DNA from: an uncultured Gemmatimonadales bacterium
GTDB taxonomy: Bacteria > Gemmatimonadota > Gemmatimonadetes > Gemmatimonadales > Gemmatimonadaceae
DNA length: 64,000 bases
Direction: 5' to 3'
Assembly (NCBI GenBank): GCA_963707505.1
Contig: CAVPQB010000004.1
Coordinates: 640,001 to 704,000 of the forward strand
Part shown: piece by piece, positions 10,362 to 23,087 of the stretch
Layout of the letters: each line of letters starts with the position of its first letter
Position numbering within the stretch: the first letter of the stretch is position 1
Program-made: the position numbers and the translations under genes
Notes under the pieces: generated by a model
The model's input: the letters and a program-made list of their open reading frames with translations, nothing else
What the model was told of the DNA's origin: nothing
The model's database searches: none

Positions 10362-10860
10362 TCATCCGGTTGCCGCAGTGCGTGCGTCAAGCGCGCTCAT
10401 CACCATGTCGGCGATCTCGCGCAGCGGCGTCGCGCCGTGGTCGCGCGCGTACCACTGTCGCATGTAGTGGTACTCGCTCCGGCTTGGGCAGCAGGTCGCC
10501 CTCGGTCTTGACCCACTTCTGAAGCTCCGTTGGGCGCGGTCCCCACCAACCCAGCTCGCTCCAATCGGCGTCATAAGCAATCACTATTGGGATCGATCGC
10601 GTACCGCCCGTGAGATGCGCATTCATCAGATCCGGATTCGCATCGCGGCTGAAGCTCCGAAAGTCGACGAGCGGATTCTCCTGGGCGAGCTTCGAGACGT
10701 AGGGCACTACTCCAACGGCGTCGAGACACCAGTCTTCGTTGAGCGCGACGAGACGCACGGGCGTTCGCAGTGTGTCGAACCGCTCGATGACGTCGGCGGG
10801 AACCGTTGCGCGTTTCGCGCCGAGTGTCCATAACTCCTGATACTTCATCGCCGTCGTCAC
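10362..10860 (-). CDS. Thioredoxin-family protein (WCxD type), frameshift near 10470
   Basis: EDWCLDA, SRDANPDLM, TRSIP, WGPRP motifs. Confidence 0.8.
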
Positions 10861-10909
10861 GAACTGCTTCGAAAGTCTGACCGCTTCAGAAATCGGTCAG
10901 CGTCCATCA

Positions 10910-11747
10910 TCATGATTTTGGCGGCTTGATAGTCGTTAGGTGAAATACGTCGGCCGGCGCATTTGGCTTGACGCGAATACTCTTGGCGGGAATGCCGACG
11001 TGCACGTGGTACGGCCGAACGTCCTTGGTGGCGATCGCGCCCGCACCGACCATCCCGTTCTCTCCGACATGAACGCCGGCAAGAACCGTCGCGTGATACG
11101 TGATGCGCACGTCGTCGTCGATGCGCGTCACCGCGTCCGTCACGTCGCGCTGGTCGACGATGCTGTGCGTATGGCTGTAGATGTTCGCGTAATCGCTGAT
11201 CGATACACGGTCGCCGAGCACGATGCCGCCGCGATCGTCCAGCAGCACGTTGCGATGAACGACCACATTGTCGCCGACTTCGAGATTGTAGCCGAACGAC
11301 ACCTCGACGTTCTGAAACGCCTTGAAGTTCTCGCCGCACTTCCGGAAGATCCGCTGGGCCAGAATCCGCCGTAACCTGATACCGAGGTCGACGTTCTGTC
11401 CGCCGACGGGAGTGCGATCGAAGGAATACCACAGCCACAGCAGCGGCTTGGTCAGGCCGAACGCGCGCTCCGTCACACTCGGCGTAATATTCCGGCTCGA
11501 GCGTGATGTTGCGCGGATCGAGCGCGAGCAGCGCGAGCCGCGTCGCTGAGGCGAAGAGACTCGTCCTCGACCGCCGTTTCCCATCCGTCGGCGTACTCCG
11601 GATAGCTGCAGCGAGCAGAGCACCTTCCTGCACAGCTCGTTGCGATCTACGGATGAATCGAGTGCGTCTTCGATCTTCCTCGAGGAAGGCACGCTTCAGC
11701 GGTTCCGTGGGAGACTCGGCAAGCTTTCGTAGTGGAAGAATCGCCAT
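10910..11747 (-). CDS. Hexapeptide-repeat acyltransferase, frameshifted
   Basis: Left-handed beta-helix repeats (VGDNVVVH, IDDDVRITYHATVLAGVHVGENGMVGAGAIATKDV, GIPAK). Confidence 0.85.
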
Positions 11748-12426
11748 GTAGAATGGTAAGCTAATTCGGTTTTCCGGACGCGCGCACGCACCATCGCACG
11801 CTCGCGCTCAATCACCTGAAGCGTCTGGTCCCAGCTGTTATCGACTGAACCCTGATATGCGATGGACACGGGCTGGTTCACCTGCACGTCACCATCGTAT
11901 ACATACAATGCGCTCTGCGTCTCGCGCTGTCTCAGGCGGTTCTCGCCGAAGCCGACTGTCAGTGCGAGAATGTCGATATGGACGGAAGTCGCGCCCGCCG
12001 CTCGTCAATATGACGTCGCCAGGTGTGAACCGTGCATTCGGCTCCACGCCATAGAACGATATCGAGCCACACGGAGACCGGCCGACCGCCGTAACGGCGC
12101 GCGATCGCTTCGATCTGACTGCGGCTTCCTTCCTTGAGATCGTGCAGCGCACGGTAGGAGTCCGGTGTCAGCAACCGAATCAGCGCCTCGTCGAGTGGCA
12201 GCGCGCGCACCAGTACGGTGCCAGCGTCGATGTGCAACGACAGATCGTCCTGCCGCAACGATCCGTAACCTGGTGGAAACAGTGTGATGCCCGCCGTGTC
12301 GGCCTGCGGTACTCCCGACACCGGCACCGAAGCTTGAGGACCCGAGCCCGCGACAGGGGCGCAGGCGGTGAACGGACTGGCGCCAAGCACCATCAGCAGC
12401 GAGAAAACCCGCCGGCTGACCGTCAA
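11696..12426 (-). CDS. Hypothetical lipoprotein, frameshifted, 3' end uncertain
   Basis: Lipobox-like FTAC; coding pieces 11959-12426 and 11696-11908 in operon context. Confidence 0.55.
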
Positions 12427-13041
12427 GCAGTAGCCTCTGGAGCAAGCAAGCCGGAAATCGCCTCCGCGAGCTCATCACGTCCCACGCCTGTCTGTGCACT
12501 GAACGGGATGATGTGATCCTCATCCACCTGCAGCATGATTGCGAGCTCCTGCACACGCCGCGTCGCAGCCGCCTGCGACAATTTGTCGGTCTTGGTAGCC
12601 ACGAACATGACGGGGACGCTCACGTCGGCAAGAAAATCCAGCATCTGACGGTCGTCTTCCGTTGGATCATGACGCACGTCGAGCAACTGGACCACACCGC
12701 GGAGCTGTCTGGTGCTACGTAGATACGCACTCGATCAACGGCCCCCATTCAGCCGATCTCGTCTTGGACACTTTCGCGTACCCGTAGCCGGGGAGATCGG
12801 CGAGCAGAAACGTGCCATTCACTTTGAAAAAATTAATCTCGCGAGTGCGGCCCGGCGTCTTGCTGACGCGCGCGAAACTGCGACGCTTGAGCAGCTTGTT
12901 CAACAGCGATGATTTGCCGACGTTGGAGCGGCCCGCGAAGGCGATCTCCGGAAGATCGAGATCCGGTCTCCATCCACCTATGCTCGCCAGTCCCCCAACG
13001 AACTCGAGCGACCGGATTACCAGCGGGTCAGCGGATGCCAT
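12423..13041 (-). CDS. engB: Ribosome biogenesis GTPase YihA/EngB, frameshift near 12720
   Basis: [35 protein letters not shown]; follows lon. Confidence 0.92.
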
Positions 13042-13049
13042 TGCAGACA

Positions 13050-15536
13050 CTAATGCGCGCTCACGGTCGCAACTACCTGACTGCGTGGACGCTTCCGTGT
13101 GCGTTTGCGCGGTAACATCAGGCGACGCACCGCGGAGCGCGAGCTTGAGCACCTCATCCATCGTCTTTACCGGATGAAACCGAATCGCGTCGCGTACTTC
13201 CTGTGGCAGCTCTTCGAGATCACGCGCGTTGGCGTGCGGAATTATCACGTCCACGACGTGATTGCGATGCGCTGCAACCGACTTCTCCTTGAGACCACCG
13301 ATCGGAAGCACGCGCCCGCGGAGCGTGATCTCGCCCGTCATCGCAAGATCACCGCGCACTGGGATTCCGGTCAGCGCGCTCGCAACGGCGGTCGCGATGG
13401 CGATACCAGCGCTCGGTCCGTCCTTCGGCGTTGCGCCGTCCGGGATGTGAATGTGGATGTCGCGCGTGCGATAGAAATCCGCCGCCACACCAAGCTCGTC
13501 GGCACGACCACGCACGTAGCTCATCGCCGCCGATGCGGATTCCTTCATCACGTCGCCGAGCGTGCCCGTGAGCGAGATCTTGCCACGTCCGCGCACTACG
13601 CTCACCTCGATCTCGAGCGTCTCACCGCCGGCGGTAGTATATGCGAACCCACGAGCGACGCCGACCTTGTCTTCGAGACTCGCGAGATCCGCGTCGTATC
13701 GCTCCACGCCGAGCATGCCGTGGAGATCGGAGGCAGCAGACGTGCTGCGATGCAATCACGTCGTCGCTCGCTTCCGCCTGACGACGCGCGAGCTTGCGCG
13801 CGAGCTTCGCGATCTGCCTGTCCAGCTCGCGCACGCCAGCCTCGCGCGTGTACGACCGAAGAATCGCGGGCAACACGTCGGCGTCGAGTTTCACCTCACT
13901 CACATCGAGTCCGTTCGCCTCCAACTGGCGTGGAACGAGATACTTGCGTGCGATTGCGAGCTTTTCCTGATCGAGATAGCCCGGCACGCGAATGATCTCC
14001 ATTCTGTCGCGCAGCGCATCGGGAATCGTCGCGAGCGAATTGGCCGTGGTTACGAACAACAGCCTGCGAGAGATCGTAATCGACTTCGAGATAGTGATCG
14101 TTGAACGCCGAGTTCTGCTCCGGATCCAGCACCTCGAGAAGAGCAGCCGCAGGGTCGCCTCGGTAATCCAGTCCGAGCTTGTCGATCTCATCCAGCAGTA
14201 TCACTGGATTCACAACCTCGGCCTTCCGCATCGCCTGAACCACTCGGCCCGGCATCGACCCTATGTAGGTGCGCCGATGTCCACGGATCTCCGCCTCGTC
14301 ACGCACGCCGCCGAGCGACATGCGCACGAACTTGCGGCCAAGCGCACGCGCGATCGATCGGCCGAGTGATGTCTTGCCGACGCCCGGCGGCCCCACGAGG
14401 CAGAGGATGGGGCCGTCTATACGGCCGACGAGTGACAGTACCGCGATGAAATCGAGAATACGATCCTTGACGTCCTGCAGGCCGTAGTGGTCCTCGTCCA
14501 GCACGCGTCGCGCGTGTGCGAGGTCCAGAGTTTCGGTAGTGCGCTCATCCCAGGGCAGAGCACCGATCCAGTCCAGGAAGTTGCGCGACACCGTGTACTC
14601 GGGCGACGTCGGCGCCATGCGACGCAGCTTTCGCAATTCACGCTGCACGCGCATTCGCACCGGTTCCGGAAGCGCCTTGGCCTGCAGCGACGATTCCAGC
14701 TCGCTCACGTCGTCAGCGTCGTCCTGTCCGAGCTCGCGGTGGATGAGCTTGAGCTGTTCCTGCAGATAGAACTCGCGCTGCGTCTGATACATCGCGCCGC
14801 GCGTGTCGTCGTCCAGCTTGCGCTCGATGCGCAGCACTTCGATCTCACCGGCGAGCAGCACCGTGATCGCGCTGAACGCGTCCTCGAGTGTGGCGGATTC
14901 CAGAATGCGCTGGCGCACTTCCAGTGCGGCCGGAACGTGCGCGGCAATGCCGTACGCCTGGCGTTCCGGTGTGATCGCGCTCTGCACCAGAGCGATCACC
15001 TCGGACGGAATCCGGCGCTGCAGCTCGACGTATTCCTCGAACAGCGCGACTGCGCGCCGCGCCGTCGCGTCGGTGAGTCGCGCATCTTCGTGTCCGGACG
15101 CGACGAGAGGATCCAGGCGCACGTCGGCGTGGAGAATTCCGCGCCGTCTGCGGACGAATCTGGTCACGCGGGCGCGCTCGCGTCCTTCCAGGAGGACCTT
15201 GCTGCTCCCGTTCGGCAGTCTGCTCAGCTGAATCACGCGAGCGATCACGCCGGTGCGGAAGAGATCCGCCCCGCCTGGCTCCTCGTCCGACGCGTCCCGT
15301 TGTGCGACAAGCAGGACGTCACCCGAACCGAGTCCCGCCTCGTCCAGCGCACCGAGCGATGACCTCCGCCCGATGAGGAGCGGCATGATGACGTTCGGGA
15401 AGAAGACCACGTCGCGGAGCGCGAGCACGGGAAGCGTGCGAGCGTCGGGTGACGTCTCCACGGCTGGTTGGCTCGGCGCCGGCACAGCGACTCCGGTCCG
15501 GGGGGTGCCGCGGGCGCGGCTTTTGGTGGGTGGCAT
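13050..15536 (-). CDS. lon: ATP-dependent protease La, several frameshifts (about 14070, 13740, 13080)
   Basis: LON N-domain, [17 protein letters not shown] catalytic Ser, IGGLKEK; likely native end QVVATVSAH* at 13050. Confidence 0.95.
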
Positions 15537-15641
15537 TACAGGAAAGCTAGCAGCCGGAGGGGGAGCCGGTGATGACGGTACGCCATGGGCGCCATCGCAT
15601 CATCCCCCCTGCGCCGATCCTCCATGGATGACGAGGAGGCC

Positions 15642-15670
15642 GTAGGGGCAGGCACAGGGGCCTCCCCTAC
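15642..15670. repeat. REP-like palindrome (family 2)
   Basis: GTAGGGGCAGGCACAGGGGCCTCCCCTAC, GTAG...CTAC ends, just after the clpX stop. Confidence 0.65.
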
Positions 15671-15683
15671 ACGATCCACGTAC

Positions 15684-16922
<1,239 letters not shown>

Positions 16923-16982
16923 ATCTGTTTGAAAGCAAATACCCGGGCGTGGCGCGGTCAACCATTCTTAACGGGTATCGGG

Positions 16983-17002
16983 CTTGTGAATTAATTCACA
17001 AG
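16983..17002. promoter_or_regulatory. Perfect 20-bp palindrome matching the Rex (TTGTGAA-N4-TTCACAA) and CRP (TGTGA-N6-TCACA) consensus
   Basis: CTTGTGAATTAATTCACAAG, about 60 nt upstream of clpX. Confidence 0.65.
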
Positions 17003-17264
17003 GCACTGGCCGGCGGCGGGGGCAGCCCATACCTGAATTATCGGCGACCTTTCCAGTTGCGCGGGTTCGCGCAGATGTATTTCCGCACCCGCTGTAGCGA
17101 CGGGTAATCGCGGATGATGCGTTCGTAGTAATTCCGTTGCCAGACCACACCGTCCCGCGTTCCATGTAATCGATTGATGTGGCGGGACACCGCGGATTTG
17201 TACGCACCGATGATCGCGCCGATGGAATCGCGCGGCGGCCCGTGGGGATGGTACGGCGGGGACC

Positions 17265-17292
17265 GTAGGGGCGACGCATGCGTCGCCCGTAC
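17265..17292. repeat. REP palindrome (family 1) inside the RAYT coding sequence
   Basis: GTAGGGGCGACGCATGCGTCGCCCGTAC. Confidence 0.8.
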
Positions 17293-17294
17293 CA

Positions 17295-17388
17295 ATGCCG
17301 ATGCATCGCCGTGGCCCGATGCCGATGCATCGCCGTGGCCCGATGCCGATGCATCGCCGTGGCCCGATGCCGATGCATCGCCGTGGCC
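17295..17388. repeat. Four tandem copies of a 24-bp unit (encodes GHGDASAS)
   Basis: ATGCCGATGCATCGCCGTGGCCCG repeated, last copy slightly truncated. Confidence 0.95.
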
Positions 17389-17951
17389 CCCCGGTACATA
17401 TCCATCGGCGTCGCCCGATACCGATGCGTCCGCGTCGTCCGGCGCCGACATGGCGTCGTCCGTTTCCGGCATCGTGCCGACGATGACAATGACGCCGTGC
17501 ACGTGATTTGGCATCACGACGAACGCGTCCAATCGCACCCGCGGGAAATGGGCCGGAATCGCGGCCCACGCGGTTTGTGCCGCCATTCCGGCTGCGCTTA
17601 AATGCATGCGGCAACGCGCAATTTCGCCGAACAGGCAGGCGCGATCGTGTGTATCTATCGTAATGAAGTACGCCCCAGGCGCCGCGTAATTGTACCCGCG
17701 CAGGCGAATCGACTTGCGATGGTGACGTTCACGATCGAACCCGCACGTTAGCGCCCGCACGATCGGAATAGCGAATACAGGGAGACCATACACAATTGTT
17801 ACAGCATTCGCCGAGTCTGGTCGTATCACTCTCCCGCAGGAATCATCGCTGTAGTGCGTGGCCCGGCTCGGTGTGTGCTGTCCAGCCGTCTCGGCTGCAT
17901 GTCTCGGTTGCATGTCTCCGGCGCTGTCCGAGCGTTCAGGGCGACGCTACA

Positions 17952-17978
17952 AGGGGGCGGTCGACAACTCCGCCCCCT
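17952..17978. terminator. Hairpin downstream of clpP
   Basis: AGGGGGCGG-loop-CCGCCCCCT. Confidence 0.5.
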
Positions 17979-18011
17979 CGCTGCTACAACATCCGTGCCT
18001 GCTAACGCTAT

Positions 18012-18641
18012 TTACACAGTCACCTGTGGTTGGCTCGACGTCTCGATCATCTCGCCGCGGTGCGTTATCACGGCGTCGATCAGTCCGTAATCCTTTGCCT
18101 CTTCGGCGGACAGGAAACGATCGCGATCGGTATCGCGCTCGATGCGCTCCAGCGGCTGGCCTGTATGCTTCGCCATCAGCGAGTTCAGCTTCTCGCGCAG
18201 GAATAGAATCTCCTTCGCCTGAATCTCGATGTCGGATGCCGATCCGCCGCCGCCATTCTGCGACGGCTGATGGATCATGATGCGCGAGTGGGGAAGTGCA
18301 AAGCGCTTGCCCTTGCGTCCTGCCATGAGCAGAAACGCGCCCATGCTCGCCGCCATTCCCATGCACGTCGTGTTCACGGGACTCTTGAGGTACTGCATCG
18401 TGTCGTAGATCGCCATTCCGGCGGAAACGGAGCCGCCCGGCGAGTTGATGTACATGTGGATGTCGCGCTCCTGATTGTCCGATTCCAGGAACAACAGCTG
18501 CGCGATGATGACGTTGGCGACGTCGTCAGTGACCGGTGTTCCGAGGAACACGATGCGGTCCATGAGCAGACGCGAGAAGACGTCGTAGGTGCGCTCTCCG
18601 CGAGAAGAACGCTCGATTACATATGGTGCGTAAATCGGCAT
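18012..18641 (-). CDS. clpP: ATP-dependent Clp protease proteolytic subunit
   Basis: [25 protein letters not shown]. Confidence 0.98.
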   Translation of the reverse strand: MPIYAPYVIERSSRGERTYDVFSRLLMDRIVFLGTPVTDDVANVIIAQLLFLESDNQERDIHMYINSPGGSVSAGMAIYDTMQYLKSPVNTTCMGMAASMGAFLLMAGRKGKRFALPHSRIMIHQPSQNGGGGSASDIEIQAKEILFLREKLNSLMAKHTGQPLERIERDTDRDRFLSAEEAKDYGLIDAVITHRGEMIETSSQPQVTV

Positions 18642-18643
18642 GA

Positions 18644-19894
18644 CTAGGCCTCTGTCACAATGTCGTTTCGTTCAACCAACCACTTGAACACCTTGTCTTC
18701 CGTGATGGTCCGTTCGAGGTCCTTCAATCTCCCGCCCTTTTCCAGCGCTGCGTAAAGCTGGCCGGGCTCGACTCCACGCTCCGTGGCCTGCTCGGCGATT
18801 CTATCGTCGAGATCACGCTCGGAAGCGGTGAGCTTTTCCTGTTCCGCAATTGCATCGACGATCAGATCGCGTTTGATCTGTCGCTCGGCGACCTGCGCGA
18901 ATTCCGTATCGAATTGCGCACGCTGGTCCACCGGGACCTGGTAGGTCTCGGCGTAGTTATCGACCAGCTGTCCCACCCAACTGCGCGGAACGTCGAATGG
19001 ATTTGCTGCGATCACGTGGTCGATGAGGCCCTGGCGCACGTGCGCTTCGGATTCACGTTGCGCGAACTTCTCCATGTCCTGTCGAACCGCTGAACGGAGT
19101 GCATCGGCGGAATCGAAATCACCAACCTCGCGCGCAAATGCGTCATCCAGCGTCGGGAGCGACTTGCGCTTCACTTCGTGTACGGTCGCGCGAACGGTCT
19201 TGGTCTGCGCGCGCTGCGCTTCTTCGGGGAAATCCTCCGGCCAGCGAACCGGACGCTCGACTGTCTCACCCGGCCCCGCTTCCATTATCAACTCCTCGAT
19301 CCCGGCGATTGCCTTGCCGTCGCCAAGCACAAGCGATACGTCGCGCGGCTCGCCGAGCTTGCCTTCATCATCAGCGACGGAGAGCCCGACGCTCACCATG
19401 TCGCCCTCGATCGGCTTGCCTTCTACGGGAGCCCATGCGGCCCGCTCGTCACGCAGCCGGTCGAGTTGTTCCTGAAGCTGTTCGTCCGTCACGGTCACGG
19501 GCTCGCGGCGCACCTTGAATCCGTTGGTTCGCCCGAGCTCGACCGTGGGCCGGACCTCGTAATGGAATTCGAAAGTGAGGGGCGAGCCGTCCTCGAACTT
19601 GAGATCGTGGATGTGTGGCTGCGACGCCACCTGGATGTTGTCCTTTTCGACGATCTCCTTGTAGGCCTCGCGCACGACTGATTCGATGGTCTCGTTTCGG
19701 ATCGCTTCAGCGAACTTCTTGCGCACGACGGCGGCTGGGGCCTTTCCTGGCCTGAAGCCGGGAAGACGCGCCTGAGACGCGTATCGTTTGGTGGTACGCT
19801 CTTCAGCGGCCGCCACTTCGGCGGCCGGAACGGTTACTTCTACGGCGCGCTCGACGCCGGTGGTGGTCTTGGGATTTAGTTGGATCTCCATCAC
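18644..19894 (-). CDS. tig: Trigger factor
   Basis: PGFRPGKAP ribosome-binding motif; upstream of clpP. Confidence 0.95.
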   Translation of the reverse strand: MMEIQLNPKTTTGVERAVEVTVPAAEVAAAEERTTKRYASQARLPGFRPGKAPAAVVRKKFAEAIRNETIESVVREAYKEIVEKDNIQVASQPHIHDLKFEDGSPLTFEFHYEVRPTVELGRTNGFKVRREPVTVTDEQLQEQLDRLRDERAAWAPVEGKPIEGDMVSVGLSVADDEGKLGEPRDVSLVLGDGKAIAGIEELIMEAGPGETVERPVRWPEDFPEEAQRAQTKTVRATVHEVKRKSLPTLDDAFAREVGDFDSADALRSAVRQDMEKFAQRESEAHVRQGLIDHVIAANPFDVPRSWVGQLVDNYAETYQVPVDQRAQFDTEFAQVAERQIKRDLIVDAIAEQEKLTASERDLDDRIAEQATERGVEPGQLYAALEKGGRLKDLERTITEDKVFKWLVERNDIVTEA

Positions 19895-19955
19895 GGCAAT
19901 TTAACCAGGCTACCTACGGATTATGCGCGTCAGGCGTCAGGTATTGCCGGTGCGC

Positions 19956-20606
19956 TCATGCCACTGCGCGATCGCTCTCCCCGGAGTCCAGCATGATCTC
20001 GAACTTGCAGCGCGAGGGCGTGCCGTGCTCACAGCACGCCAAGACCGGCGCCTGCACGATCTCGGCGATCATGCTTTCGGCGGCATTGCAGGTGATGGGA
20101 TGCGCGCTTACGGCGTCGCCCAGTGGGCAGTACAGGCCGCGGAGGATGATCTTGCCGTTGGCTTCCTCTATATCCACCACGCCGCCAAGATCGCGCAATG
20201 CGTCCGCCGCGGCCTCGGCGCGGGCACGGATCGATCCGGTTGTCCGGCCTCGAACTTCGGCAAGCCGCCGACCCACTTCCGAGAGGACGCTCTCCAGTTC
20301 GTTCTGTGGCAAACGTTCGCCCAGAACGCCCAGCAGGCCACTGAGCACCGGGCGAGATGCGTCCGAAAGGCCACGGAGTGCATCCGGTGTAAGCTCATAC
20401 GCGTAGGCAGGCCTGGTCCCTGTTGGACGTGAGCCGCGCCGAGTGACGAGACCGTCGCGCTCGAGCGACATGATGTGGGCGCGGACCGCGTTGTCGGTGA
20501 TCTGGAGCGCTGTGGCGATCTCGTCCACCGTGCGCGGCTCACGCTGGAGTAGCGCGAGGACCTTACCTCTGGTGGTTTCGAAAAACTTGCGATTCAAGGG
20601 AGCCAT
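19956..20606 (-). CDS. wHTH transcriptional regulator with Cys-rich C-terminus (SufR-like)
   Basis: TVDEIATALQITDNAVRAHIMSLERDGLV, GTRPAYAYEL, then CP...C...CC...C. Confidence 0.8.
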   Translation of the reverse strand: MAPLNRKFFETTRGKVLALLQREPRTVDEIATALQITDNAVRAHIMSLERDGLVTRRGSRPTGTRPAYAYELTPDALRGLSDASRPVLSGLLGVLGERLPQNELESVLSEVGRRLAEVRGRTTGSIRARAEAAADALRDLGGVVDIEEANGKIILRGLYCPLGDAVSAHPITCNAAESMIAEIVQAPVLACCEHGTPSRCKFEIMLDSGESDRAVA

Positions 20607-20678
20607 GCGGCCACCGTGGAATGAGAAACGTGCGCAACGCCTGAACTGAAAGGTATGGTAATCCACCCATTAGTCAAT

Positions 20679-20723
20679 ATTGTCAAATAGATTCTTGACA
20701 ATCTAGCACCATGCCTCTAGAAT
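20679..20723 (+). promoter_or_regulatory. Inverted-repeat operator overlapping a consensus sigma70 promoter
   Basis: ATTGTCAA-N8-TTGACAAT (20679-20702); TTGACA (20695)-17 bp-TAGAAT (20718). Confidence 0.8.
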
Positions 20724-20797
20724 CTCACTGATGGACGGTGTACGCAGCCAGACCCCCCTTATACGAGCCCGAGAGTTCGACCTATGCGCCAGCCAGC

Positions 20798-22408
20798 ATG
20801 AGTGATCAAGACGTGGTACTGAGCGGCCCGGACTTCACCAAGGGTGTTTCCATGTACAGCCTCGGCGAGGGGCAGGCGGTTCAGGGGCACGCGGATGGCA
20901 AGCCGGCGATGTTGATTCGCCGCGGAGAGGCCGTCTTCGCCGTTGGAGCGGTTTGCAGCCATTATGGCGGTCCGCTCGCCGAGGGGATCGTGGTTGGCGA
21001 TACGGTGCGCTGCCCGTGGCATCACGCCTGCTTCAGCCTGAAAACCGGCGAAGCTCTCCGCGCACCGGCATTGCATTCGCTTCCGTGCTGGGCAGTGGAG
21101 CAGCGCGACGGCAAGGTCTATGTCACGCACGAAATTGAGACGCCGTCGGCAGTGGTACCCACCGGCAGCGAAGCGCAGAAAGCGCGGTCGGTTGTGATCA
21201 TCGGTGGAGGGGCTGCTGGCAGCGCTGCCGCAGAAACATTACGGCGCGAGGGATTCGCAGGCAGCATCACCATGGTCAGCGCGGATGATGACGCGCCATA
21301 CGACCGCCCCAATATCTCAAAGGATTATCTGGCTGGCACCGCGCCAGAGGAGTGGATCCCACTCCGGCCGCTCGCCGTGTATGAGGAACAGGGGATAAGC
21401 CTGCGGCTCGGGATCCGCGCGACGGATATCGATGTCGCAAAGCGCGTCGTGCAGTTGAGTGATGGCAGCTCGGTCGCTTATGACGCGCTGTTGCTCGCGA
21501 CTGGTGCGACGCCGGTGCGGCTGCCACCGCGCATGGATCCATTGCAGCGGGTCATGTATCTGCGGACGCTGACGGACTCGCGCGCGATAGTTGCGGCCTG
21601 TGAGCACGCTGGGCACGCCGTCGTGATTGGCGCGAGTTTCATCGGTCTCGAGGTCTCTGCCGCGCTGCGTACGCGCGGCCTCCATGTTGACATCGTTGCA
21701 CCGGAACATCGCCCGCTCGAACGCATTCTTGGCACTGAGCTGGGTCATATAATTCAGCGGATCCACGAGGACCACGGCGCGACATTCCATCTGGGCAATG
21801 CACTGGCGTCGGTCGGCGATGATCACGTACTGCTCGCGAGTGGCGAGCGACTGCAGGCGGATCTTGTAATCGCCGGGATCGGTGTGCGCCCCGATCTTAC
21901 GCTCGCACGTGAGGCGGGACTGTCGGTGGATCGCGGCGTAGTTGTCGACGAATTCCTCGAAACGAGTACGACGGGAGTGTACGCGGCGGGTGACATCGCG
22001 CAATGGACTGACACGGTGAGCGGCCACAGTCGCAGAATAGAGCACTGGGTTGTCGCAGAGCGTCAGGGAGCGGCGGTCGCGCACAACATTGTCGCGCGCT
22101 TTGAAGGCACGCCACGCGAGCCGTTCATCGCAGTGCCATTCTTCTGGAGCGCGCATTACGACACTACCATCTCATACGTTGGTCACGCGGATAGCTGGGA
22201 CGAGACGGAAGTGCTCGGCGACTTCCATGACGGAAAGATCGCGGTGACGTATCGTAGCGGCGGCCAGGACCAGGCAGTTGCCACGATCGGGCACGACATG
22301 CTCAGCCTCGATACCGAAGTGATAATGGAGCGCGCCGCCGATACAGCGCTGCAACTTGGAATCGAGAGCGATTCCACGCTCGGACGCCGCAAACATCTAC
22401 CCGCGTGA
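20798..22408 (+). CDS. Rieske 2Fe-2S / FAD-dependent oxidoreductase fusion (AIF/ferredoxin-reductase-like)
   Basis: CSHYG...CPWHH Rieske motif; [24 protein letters not shown]. Confidence 0.92.
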   Translation: MSDQDVVLSGPDFTKGVSMYSLGEGQAVQGHADGKPAMLIRRGEAVFAVGAVCSHYGGPLAEGIVVGDTVRCPWHHACFSLKTGEALRAPALHSLPCWAVEQRDGKVYVTHEIETPSAVVPTGSEAQKARSVVIIGGGAAGSAAAETLRREGFAGSITMVSADDDAPYDRPNISKDYLAGTAPEEWIPLRPLAVYEEQGISLRLGIRATDIDVAKRVVQLSDGSSVAYDALLLATGATPVRLPPRMDPLQRVMYLRTLTDSRAIVAACEHAGHAVVIGASFIGLEVSAALRTRGLHVDIVAPEHRPLERILGTELGHIIQRIHEDHGATFHLGNALASVGDDHVLLASGERLQADLVIAGIGVRPDLTLAREAGLSVDRGVVVDEFLETSTTGVYAAGDIAQWTDTVSGHSRRIEHWVVAERQGAAVAHNIVARFEGTPREPFIAVPFFWSAHYDTTISYVGHADSWDETEVLGDFHDGKIAVTYRSGGQDQAVATIGHDMLSLDTEVIMERAADTALQLGIESDSTLGRRKHLPA

Positions 22409-23064
22409 GCGGCCTGGTACAACCAATGACGAATGCAATGCAGCGCCGTGCGATTCATCTCGAAACATCTCCGACTGACAACAAGCTGGAGATGGAGCTT
22501 CTGGTACATCGTCAACTCGAATTGCTAGGCGAGGACCCAGATCGTGACGGATTGCTCAAGACACCCGAGCGCATTGCCAAGTCGCTCGCGTGGCTGACGC
22601 GCGGTTACGACATGAACCTCGCCGATATCGTTGGCGATGCGGTGTTCGAGGAGCGCCAGGAGAACATGGTGATGGTTCGTGACATCGAGCTGTATTCTTT
22701 GTGCGAGCACCACATGCTTCCGTTCTTTGGGAGAGCGCACATTGCCTACATCCCCGATGGCAGGATTATCGGACTGTCCAAGCTCGCGCGAATCGTCGAT
22801 ATGTTTGCGCGCCGGCTGCAGGTGCAGGAGCGGCTCACGGAAGAAATCGCCGAAGCGATCTGCGACATATTAAAGCCGCGTGGTGTTGGTGTGGTGATCG
22901 AGGCTTCCCACCTCTGCATGATGATGCGCGGAGTGCAGAAGCAGAACTCCACGACGATCACGAGCGCTCTGCGGGGGAATTTCCGTGACGATCCAAAGAC
23001 GCGTGACGAATTCCTGCGGTTGGCGCAGGGCCGTGGCAGTGGATCGTTCCACGGCGGCATCTGA
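22405..23064 (+). CDS. folE: GTP cyclohydrolase I
   Basis: [34 protein letters not shown]. Confidence 0.97.
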   Translation: MSGLVQPMTNAMQRRAIHLETSPTDNKLEMELLVHRQLELLGEDPDRDGLLKTPERIAKSLAWLTRGYDMNLADIVGDAVFEERQENMVMVRDIELYSLCEHHMLPFFGRAHIAYIPDGRIIGLSKLARIVDMFARRLQVQERLTEEIAEAICDILKPRGVGVVIEASHLCMMMRGVQKQNSTTITSALRGNFRDDPKTRDEFLRLAQGRGSGSFHGGI

Positions 23065-23087
23065 ATACACCGACATCATCCCAACCG

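Larger units (their letters stand above)
17038..17746 (-). mobile_element. REP-associated tyrosine (HUH/Y1) transposase, RAYT
   Basis: HHRKSIRLRGYNY, YFITIDT, HUH motif MPNHVHG, WQRNYYERIIR, YICANP; start uncertain (possible indel after GTG at 17746). Confidence 0.88.

Noticed and set aside
12715..13755. Apparent Lon C-terminus-EngB fusion ORF
   Set aside because: An alternative frame gives a natural Lon end (VATVSAH*, 13050) just before the engB ATG, and the region is full of indels
17295..17388. Possible CRISPR array
   Set aside because: Head-to-tail repeats without spacers, inside a CDS, and no cas genes
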